A stretch of 6,240 nt of DNA from Oscillatoriales bacterium (GCA_043742065.1 JAYTZD010000368.1:1-6240); one strand, 5' to 3'; numbered from the stretch's first letter, positions 1-4,650 are shown. Program-made: numbers and translations. The notes: generated by a model from the sequence alone, not told the origin.

Positions 1-132
1 AGTCGATCGCGATATGTCGGTTCTTTTGGTATCATAGGAAAATCCTTCCCACTTTTGTGGGTGGTGAATGAAAGGCGATCGCTCTTGATTTATCAGGTCT
101 GAGGGCGATCGCTATTAACTGTATATTCATTA

Positions 133-152
133 AATTACGATTACTCGTAATT
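133..152 (+). promoter_or_regulatory. Perfect 8-bp inverted repeat AATTACGA-ttac-TCGTAATT, 13 nt upstream of the XRE start. Candidate operator.
   Basis: The palindrome was read directly. It lies between a TATATT -10-like hexamer (122-127) and ATG 165. No convincing -35 was found, so promoter assignment is weak. Confidence 0.3.
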
Positions 153-164
153 GTCAAGGGCGGA

Positions 165-377
165 ATGGGACGAATTAGACTGCGAGTGCGAGAATTTGCT
201 CAAGAGAAGGGTTGGACTCTCAGGGAAGTCTCCAACAGAACAGGTATTCCATACACAACCATCGCCACCTATGCGAACTCTCCAGGTATGGCAACTGTAG
301 ATTACACAGCTTTGGACAAAATGGCCCGTGCGTTTGATATTGCGATCGAAGATTTGGTTGAGATTTTGGAACAATAA
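165..377 (+). CDS. XRE/Cro-C1 family helix-turn-helix transcriptional regulator (70 aa)
   Basis: ATG 165, TAA 375-377. The sequence RVREFAQEKGWTLREVSNRTGIPYTTIATYANS matches the classic HTH_3 pattern: helix, then G-x-T/S-xx-E-L/V-A/S-xx-T/S-G-I/V-xxxTIxxxE/A-N. Its size is typical of stand-alone XRE proteins. Confidence 0.8.
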   Translation: MGRIRLRVREFAQEKGWTLREVSNRTGIPYTTIATYANSPGMATVDYTALDKMARAFDIAIEDLVEILEQ

Positions 378-425
378 ACTGATTTCTCAGCGGGACAATG
401 GGGTTAATTCGGTTGCTAGAAACGG

Positions 426-530
426 AGGACACGGCAATGTCGTTTCCCTACCCCACAATAATCATGAGCCTTCGATGAGAAATGCAACCATCGCCCGATT
501 AATGGTAGGGAAACGGCACTGCCGTGTCCT
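426..530. repeat. Long imperfect inverted repeat with 27-nt arms (426-452 and 504-530) and a 51-nt spacer, between convergent genes. Possible bidirectional terminator or MITE-like/REP-like element.
   Basis: Arm 1 is AGGACACGGCAATGTCGTTTCCCTACC and arm 2 is GGTAGGGAAACGGCACTGCCGTGTCCT. Of 27 positions, 25 are Watson-Crick pairs, 1 is a G-T wobble and 1 is a mismatch. Arm 2 also contains the internal palindrome ACGGCAcTGCCGT. The repeat starts 49 nt after the XRE stop and ends 9 nt from the RelE-like stop. Confidence 0.5.
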
Positions 531-538
531 GAATGACT

Positions 539-913
539 TTAAACATCTGTTTCTTCAGATTGCGTGCTGAATGCTTTAATAATTTGGCGAATCTCCCCTA
601 CTTCAATATCTTGCTGGTCAGACTTTGAGTAAATGTCTAATAAAACAATCAATTCAGGCGATGAAATCCAGTAAATCAGGCGATAACCGCCACTTTTACC
701 TTTTTGAATATCGCTATTTTTAAGCCGCACTTTCATAACTTTAGAGCCAATACCAGGGATTTGATCTCCAAGAAATGCTCCAAATTGCAACTGCTCAAGG
801 ATAGGATGAAGATCGGCTTGGACTTGGCGATATTTCTTTGCTAGGGTTCTCAGTTTGCGCCGAAATTCAGGGGTCAACCGAATTTCTACCAAAGGTGTGT
901 CAGTCAACGTCAA
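539..913 (-). CDS. Type II toxin-antitoxin system RelE/ParE-superfamily toxin (about 122-124 aa)
   Basis: The motif KVRLKNSDIQKGKSGGYRLIYWISSPELIVLLDIYSKSDQQDI matches the conserved K-x-R...GKSGGYR-hIY...h-hLL-x-hY-x-K core of RelE/ParE-type addiction toxins. No ATG is available, so the start is TTG at 913 or 907. GGGAGG at 922-917 gives better spacing for 907. The gene overlaps the upstream antitoxin ORF by 14 nt. Confidence 0.85.
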   Translation of the reverse strand: MTLTDTPLVEIRLTPEFRRKLRTLAKKYRQVQADLHPILEQLQFGAFLGDQIPGIGSKVMKVRLKNSDIQKGKSGGYRLIYWISSPELIVLLDIYSKSDQQDIEVGEIRQIIKAFSTQSEETDV

Positions 914-1139
914 TGCCCTCCCAAAGTTCAGAAAGGGGTAGAGTTTGTCCGGTTACAGCTTGATGCCAGGATGTGCGAAAACTTTCTGCTGAAAAGTCTG
1001 TATCTGCTTCGGGCGTGATTTTGTTTTCTAGAGAATGGGTTTGTTGAATGATTGTGGATAGTGTTTTTAGGAGTTCAAGCTGCTCTGTGAATGAAAGCGA
1101 TCGAGCCAGATTGATGGTTTGTTGAAGTTGCGATGTCAT
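900..1139 (-). CDS. Putative antitoxin partner of the RelE/ParE-like toxin (79 aa; the maximal ORF extends to 1163)
   Basis: This small acidic ORF lies immediately upstream of the toxin and overlaps it. GGAGA lies 7 nt before ATG 1139, whereas ATG 1163 has no SD. The segment SLSFTEQLELLKTLSTIIQQ resembles the helical 'addiction module component' type of cyanobacterial antitoxin. The family was not identified with certainty. Confidence 0.6.
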   Translation of the reverse strand: MTSQLQQTINLARSLSFTEQLELLKTLSTIIQQTHSLENKITPEADTDFSAESFRTSWHQAVTGQTLPLSELWEGIDVD

Positions 1140-1299
1140 GGTGCATTCTCCATTTTTACTCATTTTACAGTTTTAATTGCTCCTGCACCCATTCTCGCAG
1201 TTTGCTCGTCGGGGTCGTTCCTGTAAAAAAATACGGATATTGGCATTTTCCGACTGTAGACTAAAGTCAGGAGTTGTTCAGTCTGCCGGAGTTAAATCA

Positions 1300-1791
1300 A
1301 TGCCGATCGATCGTCTGTCTGACATGGAAGAAAACTTGGAATCGCTGCAAGAGCAATTAGTGGGCAAGGTGAAGGCGCTAAATTTAGCACCGCAAGAAGA
1401 CAAGACCCGAATTAAACTGCAAATTCGAGAGCTACGCAAGGAGATTCGGGAACAGGAACAGGATTATTGGCAGGTTTTCGCTAGACAAACGAAAACAGTG
1501 GAAATTCCCGAACCGGAAGCTGAGATTATTGTTGCCGAGATTGTCGAAGAAGTTGGGCAAATTGAAGTGCAGCGACAGTATCCCGGTGAAGTGATTCAGA
1601 TATTGCAGCAGATTCGGGACAAGCTGAACCAACCGGGACCCACGGCAGCCGCGAAACTTAAAGGTGTCATTTCCAGCATTCCGCCGTTTGTGGGACTTTC
1701 CATAGAGGGAGAATTCGATGCAGAGAATTTTTTCCAGCAGCATTTCCCAACATTTCGGAAATGGTCTAAGGCACTAGCAAAAAAGTCCTAG
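1300..1791 (+). CDS. Hypothetical coiled-coil protein (163 aa), or the N-terminal module of the downstream NB-ARC protein if the frameshift at 1779-1785 is decoded or corrected
   Basis: ATG 1300 is preceded by GGAG (1288-1291) with an 8-nt spacer. The TTG-1177 extension in the ORF track is rich in R, C and S and does not look like protein. Heptad-like charged region: EENLESLQEQLVGKVKALNLAPQEDKTRIKLQIRELRKEIREQEQDYW. This is followed by an acidic stretch (VEIPEPEAEIIVAEIVEEVGQIEV) and a short hydrophobic segment (GVISSIPPFVGLSI). The ORF ends GCA AAA AAG TCC TAG. Confidence 0.6.
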   Translation: MPIDRLSDMEENLESLQEQLVGKVKALNLAPQEDKTRIKLQIRELRKEIREQEQDYWQVFARQTKTVEIPEPEAEIIVAEIVEEVGQIEVQRQYPGEVIQILQQIRDKLNQPGPTAAAKLKGVISSIPPFVGLSIEGEFDAENFFQQHFPTFRKWSKALAKKS

Positions 1792-1823
1792 ACCTGGAGC
1801 GGAATACACCCAATCCAGGTTTA
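1767..1823 (+). promoter_or_regulatory. Candidate -1 ribosomal frameshift (recoding) cassette: SD-like TAAGG, slippery A AAA AAG, 0-frame stop and a downstream stem-loop
   Basis: TAAGG is at 1767-1771. The heptamer at 1779-1785 is in X XXY YYZ register for the 1300-1791 frame. TAG is at 1789-1791. The stem is 1789-1798 paired with 1814-1823 (core ACCTGGA/TCCAGGT plus U-A, A-U and G-U closing pairs), with a 15-nt loop. A -1 slip enters the NB-ARC frame exactly at 1785. Confidence 0.4.
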
Positions 1824-1895
1824 ACAATTTTTTACCAACTTTACGATATTCCCTCCGAACTCGGTTCCAAAAACTTTGTCGGGCGGGATGAAGAG

Positions 1896-4199
1896 ATGCA
1901 GCAATTGCACGAATTGTTGCAGGATGGGAGCCGCGTTGCCATTGCCGCTGCGTCGGGAATGGGCGGCATCGGCAAGACAGAATTAGCATGGCAGTATGCA
2001 ACTTTTCACCGCGATCGCAATACCTATTCAGCCGGGATTTGGTGGCTGTTTGTGCGGGAAATCGATTTAGCGCCGCAGGTGTTGCAAAAATCGCTGCGAA
2101 TGGGAATTCAGCCGCCGGATACTCTCGACAATCTGGAGGAACGGTTGCAGTTTTGCTACGAAGAGTGGGCAAAAAAAACCTCTGGCAATGCTCTGCTGGT
2201 ATTGGATGATGTCAGCGATTACCGCGCGGTACAGTCGTTGCTGCCTAGAAATCCCCGCTTTAAGGTGTTGCTGACAGCGCGACAAATTGTGCCTCCACCT
2301 GTGGGGTGTTTGCCGTTAAAAGTGTTGAAACCAGAGGCGGCGCTAAACTTGCTGCGGCTGACGGCTGGGGATTTGCCGGGAAACGGGCTGGGACGGATTG
2401 ATGCCCAGCTTGAAGATGCTGAAGCGCTTTGTCAGTGGTTGGATTATTTGCCTTTGGGCATCGAACTGGTGGGGCGCTATCTGCGACGCAAGCGGGCGCT
2501 GTCCGTGGCAGAAATGCTGCAACGGTTGCAGAGTCAGCGATTGGAGGCGCGGGCATTGCAGGAGGCGGAAGCTGGGATGACGGCTAGGCGCGGAGTGGCA
2601 GCAGCTTTTGAGTTGAGTTGGGCGGAGTTGAAACCTCCGGCGCGGACGCTGGGGTGTCTGCTGAGCGTGTTTGCGCTGGCTCCGATTCCTTGGGAGTTGG
2701 TAGCCGATTGTTTGCCGGATTGGGATGGGGAGGATTTGGAGGATTGTCGGGATGACGAACTGCTGGAACAGAGTTTGCTGTCGCTGGTGGAGGATGAAAC
2801 CTCCGATCCGGTTCAATCTGGGCTAGTGCAGCCGCGCTATCAACTTCATGCTTTGATTCGGGAGTTTTTTGCGGCGAAATTGCAGGAACGCGCCGATGCT
2901 GAGGATTTGCGGAGAAGTTTTGCGGTGGCGCTGACAGCGGTGGCAAAGACGATTTCGTATCCGGTGAGGCTGGAGGTGTATGAACGGGTGAAGGAGGTGC
3001 TGCCACATTTGGAGGTGTTGGCGGAGCAATGGTCGCATTTACTGAAAGATAGTGATGCTGTATGGTCTTTCACTAGCTTAGGGTGGGTTGCTCAGGGACA
3101 GAGTTTTTGGGTAGAGGCAGAGAAGTGGTTCAAAGCTTGCCTCCAGATGACAGAGCAACGCTGCGGAACCGACCATCCCGGTACGGCAACGAGTTTGAAC
3201 AACCTGGCAGACCTATACCGTGTAATGGGAGACTGCCCGGAGGCTGAACCCTTGTTAGTGCGATCGCTCTCGATCTGGGAGCAACAGCTCGGAGCTGACC
3301 ATCCCCAGACGGCAAGTAGTTTGAACAATCTGGCAGCGCTGTATTATGCAATGGGTCGTTACGCGGAGGCAGAACCCTTGTTTGTGCGAGCGCTCGCGAT
3401 CAGGGAGCAGCAGCTCGGAGCCGACCATCCCGATACAGCAGGCAGTTTGAACAACCTGGCAGAGCTATACCGTGAAACTGGATGCTACTCGGAGGCGGAA
3501 TCCTTATTGGTGCGATCGGTCGCCATCATAGAGCAGCAGCTCGGAGCCGAGCATCCCCACACGGCTATGAGTTTGAACAATCTAGCAACTCTGTACCATT
3601 CAATGAGTCGCTACGCGGAGGCGGAACCCTTGTTAGTGCGATCGCTCGCCATCTGGGAGCAGCAGCTAGGAACCGACCATCCCCATACTGCTCAGAGTTT
3701 ACACAATCTGGCAGAGCTATACCGTGCAATGAGATGCTACTCGGAGGCGGAACCTTTGTTAGTGCGATCGCTGTCGATCTACCAGCAGCAGAAGCAGCAG
3801 CTAGGAGTTGACCATCCTGATACGGCAAGTAGTTTGAACAGTCTGGCAGGGCTGTACAAGTCAATGGGACGCTACGCGGAGGCGGAATCCTTGTTAGTGC
3901 AAGCGCTCTCGATCTGCGAGCAACAGCCAGGAGCCGACCATCCCGATACGGCAAATAGTTTGAACAGTCTGGCATTGCTGTACCGTGCAATGGGTCGCTA
4001 CCCGGAGGCGGAACCCTTGTATTTGGGAGCATTAGAAATCTTGTTTAACCGATTAGGAGAGGAACATCCAAATACCCGAACCACTTGGAGCAATTTCATT
4101 TATTTTCTTCAGGAGGCGATGTCAGCGGGTCAAGAATCCAAACTTTCCCAGCATCCAACAACGCAATCAATACTTCAGCAACTTCGGGAGATGGAGTAG
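1896..4199 (+). CDS. NB-ARC (STAND, AP-ATPase type) NTPase with a C-terminal TPR array; a bacterial NLR-like protein. The true N-terminus is probably upstream of ATG 1896.
   Basis: Walker A is GMGGIGKTELA (1956-1988) and Walker B is LLVLDDV (2193-2213). KVLLTAR (2262-2282) is RNBS-B/sensor-1-like, and YLPLGIELVG (2445-2474) is GLPL-like. YQLHALIREF is MHD-like, with its His codon at 2847-2849. About 8 units of the 42-aa TPR_10/12 type follow, with consensus LGxDHPxTAxSLNNLAxLYxxMGRYxEAEPLLVRSLAIxEQQ. Confidence 0.92.
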   Translation: MQQLHELLQDGSRVAIAAASGMGGIGKTELAWQYATFHRDRNTYSAGIWWLFVREIDLAPQVLQKSLRMGIQPPDTLDNLEERLQFCYEEWAKKTSGNALLVLDDVSDYRAVQSLLPRNPRFKVLLTARQIVPPPVGCLPLKVLKPEAALNLLRLTAGDLPGNGLGRIDAQLEDAEALCQWLDYLPLGIELVGRYLRRKRALSVAEMLQRLQSQRLEARALQEAEAGMTARRGVAAAFELSWAELKPPARTLGCLLSVFALAPIPWELVADCLPDWDGEDLEDCRDDELLEQSLLSLVEDETSDPVQSGLVQPRYQLHALIREFFAAKLQERADAEDLRRSFAVALTAVAKTISYPVRLEVYERVKEVLPHLEVLAEQWSHLLKDSDAVWSFTSLGWVAQGQSFWVEAEKWFKACLQMTEQRCGTDHPGTATSLNNLADLYRVMGDCPEAEPLLVRSLSIWEQQLGADHPQTASSLNNLAALYYAMGRYAEAEPLFVRALAIREQQLGADHPDTAGSLNNLAELYRETGCYSEAESLLVRSVAIIEQQLGAEHPHTAMSLNNLATLYHSMSRYAEAEPLLVRSLAIWEQQLGTDHPHTAQSLHNLAELYRAMRCYSEAEPLLVRSLSIYQQQKQQLGVDHPDTASSLNSLAGLYKSMGRYAEAESLLVQALSICEQQPGADHPDTANSLNSLALLYRAMGRYPEAEPLYLGALEILFNRLGEEHPNTRTTWSNFIYFLQEAMSAGQESKLSQHPTTQSILQQLREME
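3162..4133 (+). repeat. Tandem 126-bp (42-codon) coding repeats: 7 full TPR units plus a degenerate cap. Unit 5 carries a 9-bp insertion.
   Basis: Unit starts are at 3162, 3288, 3414, 3540, 3666, 3801, 3927 and 4053. The period is exactly 126 nt, except for 135 nt in unit 5. Long strings recur across units, including gaccatccc, agtttgaacaa(t/c)ctggca and gcggaggcggaaccctt(g)ttagtgcgatcgct. A more degenerate half unit precedes the array at about 3048-3161. Confidence 0.92.
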
Positions 4200-4218
4200 C
4201 TGTTGTTTAAATTAGGAA

Positions 4219-4313
4219 TTACGCATAGGCCCCAGAAACCGGGTTTTTTCGAGAAGACTTCGTTACAGCCCACAAATTCGGTAAAAACCCGGTTTCTTTG
4301 TCGGAGTGCGTAA
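4219..4313. repeat. Nested inverted repeat between convergent genes. Possible bidirectional terminator or MITE-like element.
   Basis: The inner arms are perfect 15-mers: AGAAACCGGGTTTTT (4234-4248) and AAAAACCCGGTTTCT (4283-4297), with a 34-nt spacer. The outer arms are TTACGCA (4219-4225) and TGCGTAA (4307-4313). The repeat starts 20 nt after the NB-ARC stop. An additional hairpin, GAGTGCG(4304-4310)/CGCACTC(4322-4328), overlaps the right end. Confidence 0.45.
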
Positions 4314-4404
4314 ATCTCGATCGCACTCAATTCCACCAATCCTCATAAATCGCCAAAATCTTCAATCCCGGTACGAATTGCCAAAAGTGCGATCGCATAG
4401 TAGG

Positions 4405-4650
4405 CTAGGCAACTTCTTCTAACTCAGGAATATGTTCGGCTTCATAGTTTTCAATTAAAACACCAATAACGTCCATCATCGAAGCAAGCGGATGGTTTTC
4501 ATCCTCGCCAACTATATCGATCAGAGTATCTAGTAGCTCGACTAAATGCTCGTATTCTGCTTCGATGCGAGGGACAAAAACCGTTTCAGCAATCAGTGTC
4601 CAAGCAGTAATTGTTCTATCCAGATTAAGACTTTTCATCATTCTTTCCAC
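4405..4650 (-). CDS. higA: HigA-like antitoxin, N-terminal domain only (78-81 aa); the C-terminal HTH domain is absent
   Basis: The gene lies directly downstream of higB and overlaps it. The track start is GTG 4650, but ATG 4641 forms an ATGA overlap with the higB stop and has GAGG 8 nt upstream. The pattern IEAEYEHLVELLDTLIDIVGEDENHPLASMMDVIGVLIENYEAEHIPE matches the N-terminal half of long HigA antitoxins (I-x-x-E-x-x-Y...L...hPL...L...LIxxYE..H.P). The ORF stops where the HTH half would normally begin. Confidence 0.7.
   Translation of the reverse strand: MERMMKSLNLDRTITAWTLIAETVFVPRIEAEYEHLVELLDTLIDIVGEDENHPLASMMDVIGVLIENYEAEHIPELEEVA

Larger units (their letters stand above)
1300..4199 (+). 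pseudogene. Alternative gene model: one coiled-coil/NB-ARC/TPR gene (about 966 aa conceptual product) interrupted by, or decoded through, a one-base frame change in the A6 run at 1779-1784
   Basis: The NB-ARC frame is open from 1770, but it has no ATG, GTG or TTG before 1896. The intervening 37 codons look coding (…NFVGRDEEMQQLHELL…). Adding one A to the A6 tract would fuse the two ORFs. Confidence 0.45.

Noticed and set aside
37-61. Small hairpins AGGA-aaa-TCCT and CCCAC-tttt-GTGGG near the left edge
   Set aside because: The stems are only 4-5 bp, there is no adjacent U-tract, and no upstream gene is visible in the window. Evidence is insufficient to call a terminator.
460-490. Hammerhead-like strings (GATGAG … GAAA) in the loop of the 426-530 hairpin
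   Set aside because: There is no stem II between the two core boxes, and no matching stem I/III or cleavage-site context. The resemblance is superficial.
141-570. ORFs 141-374 (-), 220-432 (-) and 328-570 (+)
   Set aside because: The first two are antisense to the well-supported XRE gene. The third runs through the 426-530 hairpin and into the RelE 3' end. None has an RBS or recognisable motifs.
1177-1299. TTG-initiated 41-codon N-terminal extension of the coiled-coil ORF
   Set aside because: The extension (MLLHPFSQFARRGRSCKKIRILAFSDCRLKSGVVQSAGVKS) is compositionally unlike the rest of the protein. It would overlap the divergent promoter region. ATG 1300 has a well-spaced GGAG.
1794-1850. 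Non-canonical initiation of the NB-ARC gene at CTG 1794 or ATT 1827/1848
   Set aside because: It is possible in principle, but none of these codons is preceded by an SD-like sequence, and they lie inside or just after the predicted stem-loop. I consider this less likely than the frame-change explanations, though it is not excluded.
1700-1895. Amyloid-signalling (effector C-terminus / NLR N-terminus shared motif) two-gene architecture
   Set aside because: I compared …GVISSIPPFVGLSIEGEFDAENFFQQHFPTFRKW… with VLDLERNTPNPGLTIFYQLYDIPSELGSKNF and found no shared short motif. The NLR frame also lacks its own start codon. Fusion by frame change explains the data better.
1774-3073. Several long antisense ORFs (1774-2172, 2067-2285, 2260-2556, 2343-2816, 2584-3006, 2823-3038 and 2846-3073, all minus) and the + strand ORFs 1988-2209 and 2398-2580
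   Set aside because: All lie inside the strongly supported NB-ARC coding frame. Their translations are low-complexity and rich in P, A, R and Q, with no motifs. They are what a GC-biased sense frame would be expected to produce.
3092-4032. Periodic ORFs on both strands in the repeat region (3092-3328 -, 3130-3351 -, 3482-3811 +, 3565-4032 -), and the idea that the 126-bp periodicity could be a CRISPR or other non-coding array
   Set aside because: The periodicity is exactly 42 codons of an uninterrupted TPR reading frame with a canonical TPR consensus, and there is no repeat/spacer alternation. The alternative-frame ORFs merely echo the repeat.
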